Source of the DNA: Sminthopsis crassicaudata
Lineage: Eukaryota
DNA: 64,000 nt
Direction of reading: 5' to 3'
Assembly (NCBI RefSeq): GCF_048593235.1
Contig: NC_133620.1
Span: 454,985,261-455,049,260, forward strand
Numbering within the stretch: position 1 is the stretch's first letter; each line of letters opens with the position of its first letter. The position numbers were made by a program, and so were the translations under genes. The notes beneath the pieces were generated by a model. The model did no database searches. It saw nothing but the letters and a program-made list of their open reading frames with translations, and was not told the DNA's origin. Below are positions 35,840-50,210 of the stretch, piece after piece.

Positions 35840-37930
35840 TTTTTTTTTAAATAGCGTTTTCTTTTTCCAAACACACGCCAAGATAGTTTTCAACGTTCAC
35901 TTTTGCATAGCCTTGTGTTCCAAATTTTTCTCCCTCCTCTTCCCCCAGACAGCAAGAAATCCACTAGTAATTAAACATGTGCAATTTTTCTTTCTTTTTT
36001 TTACTAAAGCTTTTTCTTTTCAAACCATATGCATGGATAATTTTTCAACATTAACCCTTGCAAAAGGTCAATTTTTGTTCCAAATCCCCCCCCTTTCCCT
36101 CCCTCCCTCCCCTCAATGGCAAGAAATCCAATATATATTAAACATGTTTAACATATATTGGATTTCTTGCCATCTGGGGGAGGGGGTGGGGGAAAGGAGG
36201 GGAAAAGTTGAAACAAAAGGTTTTGCAATTGTCAATGCTGGAAAAATATCTATGCATAAATTTTTTGTAAAAATTAATTAATTTTTTGAAATGAAAAAAT
36301 CAATGGTAAATCCAACATATATACATATTTATACAATTATGACGCTGCACAAGAAACATCCGATCAAAAAGAAAAAAATGAGAAAGAAAACAAAATGTAA
36401 GCAAACAACCACAAAAAGAGTGAGAATGTTACATTGTGATCCACACTCAGTTCCCACAGTCCTCTCTCTGGATGCAGATGGATTTCTTCATTACAAGATC
36501 ATTGGAACCGGCCTCAATTTGATTGTTGAAAAAAGCCATGTCCATCAGGATTGATTTTTGTATAATATTATTGTTGTGTACAATGATGGCCTAGTTCTGC
36601 TCATTCACTTAGTATCCGTTCACATAAGTCTCTCTGGGCCTCTCCAAAATCATCCTGCTGATCATTTCTTTATAGAATAATAATATTCCATAACATTCAT
36701 ATACCATAACGTATCCAGCCATTCTCCAGCTGACAGGCATCCACTCAGTTTCCAGTTTCTTGCCACTAGAAAAGGGCTGCCACCAACATTTTTGCATGCA
36801 TGGATCCCTTTCCCTCCTTTATGATCTCTTTGGGACATAAGCCCGATAGAAACACTGCTGGATTAAAGGATATGCACAATTTGAAAGCCATTTGGGCAAA
36901 GTTCCAAATTGCTCTCCAGAATGGTTGGATCAGTTCACAACTCCACCAATAATGTATTTGTGTTTTCCCCGCATTCCCTCCAACATATATTATCTTTTCC
37001 TGTCATCTTAACCAATCTGAGAAGTGTGTAGTGGTACTTCAGAGTTATCTTAAAATTCATTTCTCTTGTGATTTGGAGCACCTTTTCATATGACTAGAAA
37101 TTGTTTCAATTTCTTCATCTGAAAATTGTCTGTTCGTATCCTTTGGCCATTTATCATTTGGAAAATGGCTTGAATTCTTACAAATTTGAGTCAGTTCTCT
37201 ATGTATTTTAGAAATGAGGCCTTTAGGGGGCAGCTAAGTGGCACAGTGGATAGAGCACCAGCCCTGAGTCAGGAGTACCTGAGTTCAAATCTCGTCTCAG
37301 ACACTTAACACTTCCTAGCAGTGTGACCCTGGGCAAGTCACTTAACCCTAGAAAGAAATGAGGCCTTTATCAGCACCCTTGAATATAAAAATTCTTTCCC
37401 AGTTTATTACTTTCCTTCTAATCTTGTCTGCAATGGTTTTGTTTGTACAAAAACTTTTTACTTTTACTTTAACTTAAAGCAATCAAAATTATCTATTTTG
37501 TGTTCAATAGTGTACTCTAATTCTTCTTTGACTAGTCCTTCCTTCTCCATAGACCTGAGAGTAAGCTATCCTTTGTTCTTCTAGTTTGCTTATATATCAC
37601 TCTTTATATCTAAATCATGAACTCATTTTGACCATATCTTGGTATATGGTGTTAAGTGTGGGTCAATGCCAAATTTCTGCCATATTAATTTCCAATTTTC
37701 CCTGCAGTTTTTGTCAAATAGTGAATTCTTAATTACAAAAGCTGGGGTCTTTGGGTTTGCCAAACACTAGATTGCTGTAGTCATTGACTTATTTTGTCCT
37801 GTGAGCCTAACCTATTCCACTGATTGACTTCTGTATTTCTTAGCCAGTACCAAATGGTTTTGATGACCACTGCTTTATAGTATAATTTTAGGTCTAGTAC
37901 AACTAGGCCACCTTCATTTGTGATGTGCAA
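35840..37930 (-). mobile_element. Marsupial L1, 3' ~2 kb (3' UTR plus ORF2 C-terminus), with nested insertions
   Basis: ORF2 remnants [16 protein letters not shown] (37781-37969) and SPAGEWLDTLWYMNVMEY-type region (~36600-36800), plus a typical L1 3' UTR. Confidence 0.92.
37226..37353 (+). mobile_element. WSINE1 inserted into L1
   Basis: Perfect 16-bp TSD AGAAATGAGGCCTTTA at 37210-37225 and 37354-37369. Confidence 0.92.
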
Positions 37931-38819
37931 TTCTTTTAAACATATTTCCATATTTATCATGCTGTGCAAGAAAAGTCAGATCAAAAGAAAAAAAAAAAAC
38001 TAGTGAACATCATCACCACCAAAAAAAGCTTAAAACACTATACTTTGAGATGATATTTATAAACTACTTTGCAAACCTCCAGATGTTATATGAATGCTAA
38101 CTGTTCTAATTACTTAGCCAACTACTGGCATGCTAAGAGAAAAATAACCTCTAGTCTCAGGGAGCTTGCATTCTATTAAGAGTGACCATACATCTTTATA
38201 TAACTTCATACAGAATATAATAATATACATTCACTAGGAGACAGGTACTATTATTATCCCCATTTTACAGATGACAAAACAGAGGTCAACATAGATTAAG
38301 TAACCTACCCAGAGTCACACAGCTTGTGAGTGTTTTCTTGACATTCAACACAGTGCTCTGCACATTATAAAACCCCCCTAGTGGCCAGAGCCATGTATGT
38401 CACAGTTTCTACTCAGGAAGAATTCCCTCATCAGGATACATCTGCAAAATGAGTCAGAGAATGTTATAATGTTAAGAGACAGGTCAGTTTTCTGAGAGCC
38501 TCCACAGCTGTGGATCATAACATCAGAAGAGTTACAAGGCAGCCTTTGCTGACACACAGGAACGATATAAATTGGAGGCAGAGGGAAGAGAAGACAGGTC
38601 AGACAATGCAACGGCCTCTCAGTCAGAGAGGTCACAGAACACAACTGCCTCTCAGTCTCCTTGTATCATCCTCTCACAAGAGGAGATCCATTCTGGGTTG
38701 TATCTCCAGCAGCCACTGTCAGGTGGCTCCTGTGTATTCCAACAGCTCTCCCATGTATTCCAACATTATAATAAAAGGAATTCTCTAGAAAGTGTTTTAG
38801 AAAGACTTATGGGAGGGGC

Positions 38820-39100
38820 AAATTAATCTGGTGACAAGATCAATCACTCAATTATTAAATGCCTTATTATGTGCCAGGTTCCAGCACAGTGGATACAAAA
38901 AGAAGCAAAAGACAATCCCTTCCCTTGAGGAGTTTATCATCCAATGGGAGAGAAAACAAATGTTCAAAAAAGCAAGTTACACAGGATAAAAGGGATAAAG
39001 AAGGGAAAACACTGGTATTGAGAGAAGTTGGGGAAGACTTCCAATAAAAGATGGGGTTTTGATTGGGATTTAAAGACAGCCAATATATAAGGAAAAGCCT
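38820..39100 (+). mobile_element. L2-like LINE 3' fragment
   Basis: ATTATTAAATGCCTTATTATGTGCCAGG...GATACAAAAAGAAGCAAAAGACAATCCCTTCCCTTGAGGAG motif. Similar pieces occur at ~8580-8700, 13750-13810, 42650-42780 and 63150-63350. Confidence 0.65.
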
Positions 39101-39569
39101 TGAGGCAAGGGGGTCGATTGGGGGATATTGTCATGACCCAAGTGATGAAGCTGGAAAGGTCTGAACTAGGGTGTTAGCAGTGGGAATGGAAAAGGCATTT
39201 TTTTTCTCAAAGTAAAGATACTTTCTAGAATGGTATAACAAGAACCATGGCTACAAGATCTCCTCTTTCCTCCCTGCTTTCCCCAAATCTGGGGCAAATT
39301 CCATCACGAAAACTCACAGCATCAGTGGGACAATGAAGTCACAACACACTTTGGGAGTGCACATGACCAAGACAACTTCTCTGACCACTAGGAGGTGCCA
39401 TGGGGCGCAGCGCCTAGGAATCAAGCTCTGGTCTCCAGGTGTCTTCATACTGCCCCCTCCTGGGCACAGGCTCTCTGCTGAACCAGTTCTCTAGGACACA
39501 TCCCAACTAAAAGATTTAGATTTAGGGACATTTGGAGGAGTCAGAAGACCTGAGTTCAAATTTAGTTCT

Positions 39570-39930
39570 ATTTTTTTTTTAATTTTTAAAACATATGGAT
39601 GGATAATTTTTCAACATTGACCCTTGCATAGCCTTGTGTTTCAGATTTTCCCCTCCTTCCCCCCACCCCCTCCCCTAGATGACAAACAATCCAATATATA
39701 TTATATGCGTTAAAATATGTTTAATCCAATATATGTAAACATATGTAAACAATTATCTTGCTGCATAAAAAAAAATCAGATCAAAAATGAAAGAAAACAA
39801 GTAAGAAAATAAAATGCAAGCAAACAACAAAAAAGATTGAGAATGTTACATTGTGATCCACACTCAATTCCCACAGTCCTTTCTCAGGGTGTAGATGGCT
39901 CTCTTCATCACAAGATGATTGGAACAGGCC
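39570..39930 (-). mobile_element. L1 3' UTR fragment
   Basis: Matches the 3' UTR of the L1s at 36000-36500 and 49720-50210. Confidence 0.85.
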
Positions 39931-41369
39931 TAAGTTTTAGCTTCCCATTCTTATCTGTGTGATAGTTGTTAAGTTGCTTAACTCAGTCCAGTTCTTGGTT
40001 CTTTTTGTTGTTGTTGCTCAATCATATCTTACTCTTCGTGATTCCATTTGGGGTTTTCTTGGCAAAGCTATAGAGTGTCTCTTCTCTAGCTCATTTGACA
40101 GATGAGCAAACAGGTAAATGTGGTTAAATCACATGTCTAAGGACACACAGCTAATGTCTGAGACGCAGTCCTCTTGACTCCAGACCCAGCACTTCTCCCT
40201 ACCTAGTTTTCCTCTTTTTGTTGGAAGTAATAATACCCCCCCCCCCCAGGGAGCATCTACCTCCTATGGTGATATTGCCTCTGATTAGAATTTCTGAGCT
40301 TGTCATTTAAAGCCCATCCTTCCCAGTCTGGCTCTGTTGTAGATTTATTTCATATTATTCCCATTGGTGAACTCTCTATTCCAGTATATTGCCTGATTTG
40401 CTGTTCCTTGTATATGATATTCCATCTACCACCACTGGGCCTTTCCTCAGATTCTGCTTCCTGTTCTTTTTTACCTCTGCATCTTAGAATCCTTAGCAAT
40501 CTTTAACTTTGGCGGCTTAGGGGTAATATCCTATTGGAAGTCTTTCATGATCACGCTAGTTCCAGTGCCTTTTCCCTCTTCAAATTATATTTATCTTTTT
40601 AAATTTTACCTTATTTATGTTTATTTATACTATTGCATCCTTAGAGCAAAATGTAAATTTGTTAAGGGCAAAGTCCATTTTTCATTTTTTTCTAAGTACA
40701 GTGCTTTTTGCAAATGGCAGATATTTAATAAATGCTTGTAGAATGAAGCATAAGTGAATGACAAAAGATGGAGAGTCATCAGACCTAGATTTCTATCAGT
40801 ATGATTTTAGGCAAGTCACTTTTTAAACTTACGTAAAATGAAAGTGGTAGAAATAGATCATGTTTAAGGTCATTTCCAGCTCTAATACCTCTTGATGAAG
40901 TAGGGAGTTAGAAAAAAAAAATGGAGGTCATAGAAGAGGGCAGGGGAATAAAAAATTATTGTGTAATATTAGAGAACTCCAAGTGAGAAGAAGATTTCAA
41001 AACAAGAGTGGCCCCAGGGTCAGATGCCATAGAGATATGGAGAAGGTCAAGAACTAGAAGGAAAAAGGTTGTTGAATTTGACTAAAAGGAACTGGCCAAT
41101 CACCAGAAAATGATGCCCCCTGCACTTGTTTTGGATTGGTTTTACAAGAGGCCTTTTCCTGTTGGCTTTCCAACTACTAATGCTTCTAGTTTAATATTGC
41201 CTTCACTTGTCTACATATGTAGGAAGCCTACCTTTCATCTATAGCATGGATATGTTGTTTTGTGGCTTGAGGGAAGGAAGAATAAACATCTCTAGTCTCT
41301 TTTTTCATCACCTCTTTTCCAAGAGAGACTTTAATTCCTGCCAGGAGAGCAACTTCTTCTTCTTCTTTT

Positions 41370-42140
41370 TTTTAAATAGCATTTTATTTCCCAAATACAT
41401 ATAAAGATAGATTTCAACATTCAGTTTTTAAAGACTATGTTCTAAATTTTTCTCCCTCCCTCTCTCACTTACTTCCCACTTCCCCAAGACAACAAGCAAT
41501 CTTATATAGGTTAAATATGTGCAATCCTTTTAAACATATTTCCATGTTCTTTTAAACACATTTCCATATTTGTCATGGTGTGCAAGAAAAATCAAACCAA
41601 AAGGGAAAAACATGAAAAAAAAAATAAACACAAAAAGGTGTAAGTGCTATGCTTTGATCAGTCTCCATTGTTCTCTCTCTGGATACAATTTCCATCCCTA
41701 GTCTATTAGAATTGCCTTGAATCACCTTATTGTTGAGAAGAGTCCAGTCTATCACAGTTTAATCACATAATCTTATTATTACTGTGTATAATATTCTCCT
41801 GGTTCGTTTGCTCACTTCTCTCAGCATCAGTTCATGTAAGTCTCTCAAAGCTTTTCTGAAATCAGTCTGCTTGTCATTTCTTATAGAACAATAATATTTC
41901 ATAACACTCATATATCACAACTTATTCAGCCATTCTACAACCAAGGGGCATCAACTCAATTTCCAGTCTCTTACTACTACAAAAAGAGCTACTACAAACA
42001 TTTTTGCACCTATGGCTTCTTTTCCCTTTTTTATTATCTCTTTGGGATATAGACCCAGTAGTGAGACAAAGTTTTGGGCATAGTTCCAAATTGCTCTCCA
42101 GAATGGTTGACTAATTCTACAACTCTACCAATAAAGCATT
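41370..42140 (-). mobile_element. L1 3' fragment (older subfamily)
   Basis: L1 3' UTR and ORF2 C-terminal sequence similar to the neighbouring copies. Confidence 0.85.
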
Positions 42141-44629
42141 AGTGTTCCAGTTTTCTCATCTCCAGGAGGATAATTTCTTGTTAGAGGTGGAGTCAGAGGC
42201 CACTGTGTTCTCAGAGAAGGGGATTGCCAGGCTAGAATTATTTCTATCTGCTTCTTTAAATATTATTTCATCTAGAAGGTATGATTTTTTTTTATTGTTT
42301 ACTATTGGGGACACTGGATTCCAAGATCTAAATCTAAGGTTTGACCCCTTTCCCATCAAATGTCAGTTCTACAATGAACACACATAGCAAATAGTCAAGA
42401 AACCCATTTATCTATTTACTTTCGTTTTGATGGCAAAACAGATATCAGAGAAGGAATACAGAGGAGAATACATACCAGACAATACAGATTGAATGAGTTC
42501 TCCCATTGGGGAGCTGTCTCCCCTCTGGCTAACTCTTTTATACTTCTGTCCCTCACTCAGGGCCAGGGCATTTATCTCCACCTAGGAGGGAAGGGGCCCA
42601 TACCAATAGGCTTTGGGACTGGGATTACATGTGTCTAGTTACTGATGTGTCATCTCTTGTATTAGACTGCAAGCTCTTGCAAGGCAAGGACTATTTCCCT
42701 CCTTTTCTCTGTATTCCCTGAGTTTAATACAGAATTGGGATGTGGTAAACATTCAATAAATACTTATCTGTTGACAGGCTGTAGTAGGAGAAATGGTAAT
42801 AATGCAGGATAAATAAAGAAGGATGGAGCTATGAACACATGGACATAATGAGTGGGGAGAACTCATTCAGCAAGTCTGGCTTATCTAGAGCTAAATACCA
42901 GCTCCACCCACCCTTGTGAGCTTTTAAATAACCAAACCTATCAACATTATAAGAGTTGGAATGTCCAGCCTAAAACTAAAGTCGGTTTTCAGTCAGTTTA
43001 TTCCATGTTGCCCTTCTAGATCAATCGAATAAAGGGCCTTATACTTTGTAAGGAAACACAATGTAGATATATCTCTTTTTAACATGCATTTTTATTGATT
43101 TTTAAAATTGCCTATATGTTCATTGTTCTTTTTGCAGGCAGTAATTCTTATAATAAAGAATTAAAATGAGAGTAACATATTTCAGCAAAACCAACCCATG
43201 TCTTGAAAAAGCCAGACAGTATAACCATAGTTCCCTGCCTCTGCAAAGAAACAAGAGGAGGTAGACACTTTCCTTGCACCAACCTTGGTTTCCAGTGTTC
43301 AGTTTTGATTGTTTTGTTGTTGTGTTTTCCATTCGTTAGCGTTATTATTTATATTATAGTTTTTCTGATTTTGTTTATGTCACTTATATCACCCATGCTC
43401 CTCAGGGTGTATCTATTTACAGTGGATAGAACACTGGACCTAGAGTCAGGAAAACCCAAAGTCAAATCTGGCCTCAGGCATTTACTAGCTGTGGAATCCT
43501 GGAGAAGTCATTTAATCCTGTTTCTCTTGGATTCCTTATCCATAAATCAAGGATCATAATAGCACCTACCTCACTGGGTTGATGTGAGGGTCAAATGAGA
43601 TAATATTTATAACACACTTGATAAACCTTGAAACATTGTTTAAATGCTATTATTATTACTATTATTTTGTTTCTTATAGTAGCAAGTCTATTACATTGTG
43701 TTCCAAAACTTGCTTAGCCATTCTACCAATCTACTTTGTTTCCTCTTTTTTTCCCTTTTTCTGTTACTACAAAAAGTGCTACTTTAAATGTGATGTCTAT
43801 AGGGACTCTCTTTCTGTCATTGACCTCCTTAGGGTATGTGCTTAGCACTAGGATGTCTCTCTGGATCAAAGCATATGGCCATTTTTGGTTACTTTGTTCA
43901 TATAATTCCAGATTGGCTCAGACACCTTGTTAATGTATCAGACCTGATTATCTGTATGGGGAATACTATTCTCCTCCTCTTTGCAACATATGATTTTTGA
44001 CTTGTGACCAGATGGATATTTGGAGGCCAGCTTTTATCCAGGGGGCATCCTGATGCCCAAGGACTTAGGGTTTTTAATAGGATGTGGTGGGTTATTCCCC
44101 AACACATGGCAGAAACATGGGGAACATCCTGAGTTTGAGATCAATCATGGGCCTTAGATATGTCTGGGCTGGACTAGAGATGCCAGATCTATTGAGAGGA
44201 GCAGCTAATTACTGCGAAAGCCAAATGGGACTGGCTTTGCAAGAAGCTGGTGCATTGGAGAAGATGATGGGTAGCAAGAGAATTGGAACAAGCCTAGATG
44301 TATTACTGGCATATATGCATTGAGAGCTTTGGGAGAGCACTAAGCTGAGGTGAAATGCCTTATTAACACCATTGCAAACTGCTTTATGTTCTGATGAAGT
44401 TTACATATTATCCTCCCAGCAGATTGCAATAGCAGTCATAAATTGTTGCAGAATCCTGTTTTAAGTTTCTATTTTGTTAAAGACATATTTGTATGTATTT
44501 TGTGTTTAATATTCCTTTTGCATGTAGGAATAAATTAACTGGCCTGTATTTGATTTCTATATACATTGAAAATAAGATTTTTCATCCCCTGTTTTGGGGG
44601 AGAGGTCCTTTATATATATATATATATGT

Positions 44630-45470
44630 ATGTCTTTTTATTTACCAAATATACGCATGGGTAATTTTTCAGCATTGACAATTGCAAAACCTTTTGTTCC
44701 CACTTTTCCCCTCCTTCCCTCCACTCCTTCCCCCAGATGGCAGGTTGACCAATACATGTTAAATATGTTAAAGTATATGTTAAATACAATATGTGTATAC
44801 ATGTCCATACAGTTGTTTTGCTGTACAAAAAGAATCGGACTTTGAAACAGTGTACAATTAGCCTGTGAAGGAAATCCAAAATGTAGGCGGACAAAAATAG
44901 AGGGATTGGGAATTCCATGTAGTGGTTCATAGTCATCTCCCAGAGTTCTGGCACTGGGTGTAGCTGGTTCAGTTCATTACTGCTCTATTGGAACTGATTT
45001 AGTTCATCTCATTGTTGAAGAGGGCCTCGTCCATCAGAATTGATCATCATATAGTATTGTTATTGAAGTAGATAATGATCTCCTGGTCCTGCTCATTTCA
45101 CTCAGCATCAGTTCATGTCAGTCTCTCCAGGCCTTTCTGAAATCATCCTGCTGGTCATTTCTTACAGAGCAATAATATTCCATAACATTCATATACCACA
45201 ATTTACCCAACCATTCTCCAATTGATGGACATCCACTCAGTTTCCAGTTTCTAGCCACTACAAAGAGGACTGCCACAAATATTTTTGCACATACAGGTCC
45301 CTTTCCCTTCTTTAAAATCTCTTTGGGATATAAGCCTAGTAGTAACACTGCTGAATCAAAGGGTATGCACAGTTTGATAACTTTTTGAGCATAGTTCCAA
45401 ATCATTCTCCAGAATGGCTGGATGTATTCACAATTCCACCAACAATGTATCAATGTCCCAGTTTTCCCAC
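44630..45470 (-). mobile_element. 5'-truncated L1 with open ORF2 C-terminus
   Basis: ORF 45118-45453 IHCWWNC...IPFDSAVLLLGLYPKE...CPSIGEWL is the L1 ORF2 cysteine-rich C-terminus. Flanked by a 13/15-matching TSD GGGGA(G/C)AGGTC(C/T)TTT. Confidence 0.93.
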
Positions 45471-45689
45471 AGGGGACAGGTCTTTTTCATGAACCCTAAG
45501 TAGAGCCTAATTCTTTGGGGAATTGGAATAGGAAACTTAACAAGTTAAAAGAATGTAAGAGAGTCTGGCCTCTTTCACAATAGACAGGCTTCCCAGGACT
45601 GAAATGTATTCCAGTCTAACTGTATCCCTGGGTATGATCAGGGAAGGGACATGGTATTCCAGCCCCTGTGGGCCTGGTAGCTGGCAGGA

Positions 45690-48600
45690 TTTTTTTTTTT
45701 TTCTCAATAGTATTTTATTTTTCCAATTAGATGTAAAGGGTAATCAACATTCATTTTTTATATTTCTTCTCTCTCCCTTTCTTACCTCCTCCCTCCCCAG
45801 TATAGCAAGCAATCCAATATAGGTTAAATATGTGCAATTTTTTTTAAACAGAGCTCCATATTTGTCATGTTGCAGCAGCTGTTTCTTAAGGTTAGATTTG
45901 CCAGTTGCTTTTTGTGATTACATCAAGTGATTCTAAGAAGGGATTCTAAAAGGTGGAGGCAAGCAAGGAGGGAGAACGTTCCATGCATGAGACACAAGCA
46001 GTGCAAAAATACAGGAGATGGAGTGTCTTGTTTGAGAAATGAGAAAGACAAAACGATTGGAATCTAAAATGAAGGAGAGCTTCATGTAAACTGATACCGA
46101 ATGAAATTAAAAAAAAAAAAACAGGAGAACAATTTAAACAATAACAACAACATTGTAAAGACAGCAATGTTGAAAGATTTAGCATCTCTTATTAGTGCAG
46201 GGACCAACTATGATTGCAGAGGATCCATGATGAAGAATGTACCTATCTCCTAAAGGAGAGCTGATAGACTCAAGAGATAAAATGAAACATTCATGTTTGG
46301 GTATCAACAAAAGAGGGATTAGTTTCACTTACCTACTTGTATATTATAGAGATTTTTTCTCTTTTTTTTTTTTTCCTTGGGGGGAGGGCAATGGAGAAGG
46401 ATGGAGGAGAGAGAGAAAATAAGTGTTCACTAATAAAAGTAAAAGTGAAAAACTTTGGAGCAATTTCAGACCTCAAAGTATTAACAAGAGGAAAATGGAG
46501 GAGATTAGGAGGAAAATAGCTTTTTCTAGGAGTTTGACTATAAACAGGAAGATATTTGAAAACAGGTTGAATGTAAGGTAGGGTCAAGAGAAGGTCTTTT
46601 AAAAATGGGCAAGACCTGGGCATATTTATAGGGAGTTGGGAACTAGCCCTCGGAGACAAACAAGATGGAGAGAACATGAAGCTTGTCAGTCCACAATCTC
46701 TCACCTAAGGTTGCCATGGTTCCAAAACCTTGGCAAAAGGCCACACTGCCTTTTTCAAAAGTCATCCCTTCATCCCATCCATGAAGAGTTCACTAATTCA
46801 CAAGACAATGTACATTGTGGGTTAGCTCTAATTAATGTGTTTTACTCTGATGGCTGAAAAAGCATAGTATATGAATATAATTAATTTTTTTCAGTAAGAA
46901 ATGAAGAATAAAACAAATTCAGAGAAATATGGGAAATACAGGTATTGCAACAGAGTGAAATAAGCAGCATCAAGAGAAAAGATATACAATTATGACAATA
47001 ATGCAATTGACAAGATCTTCTGAGTGATAGAAAAACCACCATGGATCTCAGAGGATAGTAATGAAATACTCCTTCCCTCTCCCCTCATAGGCCAGAGGGA
47101 TTTGGAAACAGAACACTGTATATATTGTCAGATGTGATCTCTGGGAACATGGTACTTTTTTTTTTTTGTCCCTCAGGGGAAGAGTGAAGTGGGAAATCAT
47201 GACAAAAAGACGTCAATTAAATGTATTTTTAAAAATGAAAAAAAAAAGTTTTTCCTTAAAAATACCCAAACACATGCAGAAATATGCCATGTTCATGGCT
47301 AGTTTGAAGAAAAACAATTTTAAAAGTCAACATTTGCTATTAATTTATAGATTTAATTCATTAGCAATCAAAATACCAATAGGCTACTTCACAGAAGTAG
47401 AGTATTACAACAAAATATATATATGGAAAAGTAGCTGGGCAAGAATAGAAGAAACAATGAAAAAGAGACTGGATCATGGGAGACTTACTGCATCAAAATT
47501 CTGAATATATGAGGAAGAAACAATTATACAAACTGTCTGGTACCAGAAAAAGAATAGAGAAACAGGTCAATGACATAGAATAGTGAGTCCAGAAATAGAA
47601 CCCAATATATAGAAGAGGATAGTACTTGATAAAAGCATGTCTAAAAATACCACTGGAGAATAGAATCAATCTTCAGTTTTTTTTTTTTTTTAAATGGTTG
47701 AGAAAATTGCATAGCTGCAAGGGCAAAAATAATGTAAAGACTTAAAGAAAAAGAAATAACATTTATTTTAATTGTGGAGGGAAGGAGTATTTTTATCAAT
47801 CATAATTGAAATATGTCTCAGTGACAAAATTGATGAATCTAATTATATAGTGAACATGGGATTTTATACAATAAGTAGTAATAGTCCCCAAATTAAAAAG
47901 AAACATTGTGAAATAATATTTGTGGTAAATATAAAAGATATTTGTGGCATCTGGGATCCATAAGGCTGTTAGAGGGATATATACATTCTCCAATGGTAAA
48001 ATGGTCAAAGGATGTGAACAGGCAATTTTAAAAGGTGGAAATACAGACTGCTGTAATCCATAATCTCATGGAGAGGAGACATGTTATAGTAAATAGAAAA
48101 CAGGCCTCAAGTCAGGAAGAGCTGAGTTCAAATTCCACCTCTGAGAAATTACAGTTAGATGACTGGGCAAATCATTTAAATTCTCAATGACGTAGGCAAC
48201 TAGGTGGTTTAGGAACTGGTTAGAGTAGTTTTAAAGTTTTCTGTTCAAGACATTGTTTTCCTAAAAGGTTGTTTGACAAAGTTTTCATCATTCAGATAAA
48301 TCTAGAAAGGTATTTAGATCGAAGGAATATTTATTTCTTAATTATCCTAAAAGGAAGGAAGTCTTACTTAGTATGCTTCTACAGACCACATGAGGCAGAA
48401 CAATTGATGATATACATTCATGAGGGGATCTTACCAGGAGTTTACTATCTTGATGAAATCATAAGTCTAGATGCAGATTCCCTGATACTCAAAATAACCT
48501 TAAAATACCATCTTTCACCAATTAAATTTGGGAAACAAGCAAAAACTACCCACAATCAAGGGCTGGGAGTATTAGATCTCACACAGTGAGGGAACAAACC
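45690..48600. mobile_element. Mosaic of old L1 fragments (mostly + strand)
   Basis: ORF2 motifs IYRFNSLAIKIPIGYFTE (47166-47504) and LKYHLSPIK (~48500), plus 3' UTR pieces at 46040-46330 and 46950-47070. Confidence 0.75.
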
Positions 48601-49714
48601 ATATGGATTGAAGAACCCTTTTTTCAAGAGAATGGATTTGCAGGTGAAAGATGCAGAATCAGATTCCTGCTTCCCAACAGTTAGAACTAGCCATAAATGG
48701 AATGGCAGTCTCAGAGGGTAGTGAATGGGTCCCCTCCTTTCTTGGAAGGGCTTCAAATAGAGTCTCAGTTTTTACTTCCTTTGCTATTGTACAGATTGTT
48801 ATTTACATATAGGTGGGTGGTCAATGAGAATCCTTCTAGGTCTCTCTGAATCTGTAACTCTGAGAGTAATAGACACACACAGGAAAAGTCAAAAGCCTGA
48901 ATGTGGTGAAGACCCAGAACAAACATGTGTTTTATTAATTTATTGTTCCATTGTTCATTTGTTTGGTTTTATTTACTTGTTGAAATAAAAAATAAAATAA
49001 AAATGAAGTTTTAAACTTCTTTGTTAGAAAGCTGGCTTTCTAAGAGAAGGAAGGGTAAAGGATATAATCAGAAATGGAAGTCATGTAAAAACCAAAAAAA
49101 AATCATTATTTTAAGCTTGAAATATAAAATGCAAGTATAAGATTTATTGATTTTTTTTTCCTTCCTCAGCTAATTGAGATTTAAATGGTTCAAAATCTAA
49201 TGTTTTGGTTGCTCTGTTTTGATGCAATGGTTAATTGGTTATGAATGCTGACTTTACAGTAATGTGTATGTGTGTTTTTTTAATGTTCTACCTTCTACTA
49301 AGTTGAAATCTGTCCTCCTATTCTCTCCAGTAGTTATAGCTCTCAGAGTACAAATTATTGTGACAATTTTAGCTTATGGAGTAAATCAGTTGGGATTAGG
49401 GCTCCCCTAAGACAGGTGGAATTTAGGAGGTAGGCAGCAGGGAAACAGAGGCTGGAGGAAATCCTGGGGAAAATCCTAGGGAGATTTGTGCCCTGTTGCA
49501 AGTAGGAGAGTAGGATGTGGTGCTCAAGTCTATAGAAAAATTCCCTTGGAAAGGAGAAGCTTATAATGCACATGAGGCAATGTTAAGGTGATAGTATGGT
49601 GATCATTGGTGTTCACTTTTATTTGGTCCTCATCCTCAGTCATTGACCAGATGGGTCTCTAGATATAAAACCTCCTTCTTCACTCTGGAAAACATTTTAT
49701 CTCTCTCTTTTTTT

Positions 49715-50210
49715 AATTTTAATTTTTATTATTATTATAGCTTTTTATTTACAAAACATATGCATGAGTAATTTTTCAACATTGACCTTTGCAAAACCTT
49801 CTGTTCCAACTTTTCCCCTCCTTCCCTCCATCCCCTCCCCTAGCTGGTAGGTAGTCCAATACATGTTAAATATATGTTAAATCCAATATATATATATACA
49901 TATTTATAGTTATCTTGCTGCACACACACACAAAAAAAAAAAAAATCGGATCTAGAAAGAAAGAAAAAAAACCTGAGAATGAAAACAAAAATTCAGCAAA
50001 CAATAACAGAAAGAGTGAAAATGCTATGTTGTGGTCCACACTCAGCTACCACAGGCCTCTCTCTGGATGTAACTAACTCTCTACATCACTGAACAATGGA
50101 ATTGGTTTGAATTATCTCATTGTTGAAGAGAGCCACATCCATCAGAATTGATCATCATATAATTTTGTTGTTACTCTGTATAATGATCTCCTGGTTCTGC
50201 TCATTTCTGG
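49715..50210 (-). mobile_element. L1 3' UTR fragment
   Basis: Same 3' UTR family as the L1 at 39570-39930. Confidence 0.88.

Noticed and set aside
38378-38826. Overlapping short ORFs with two small internal repeats
   Set aside because: No recognisable homology, and stops interrupt every frame.
42142-42387. ORFs on both strands next to an L1
   Set aside because: Short, no recognisable motif, and embedded in repeat debris.
48269-48589. 106-aa TTG-initiated ORF
   Set aside because: Ends in an L1 ORF2 motif (LKYHLSPIK), so it is decayed LINE sequence.
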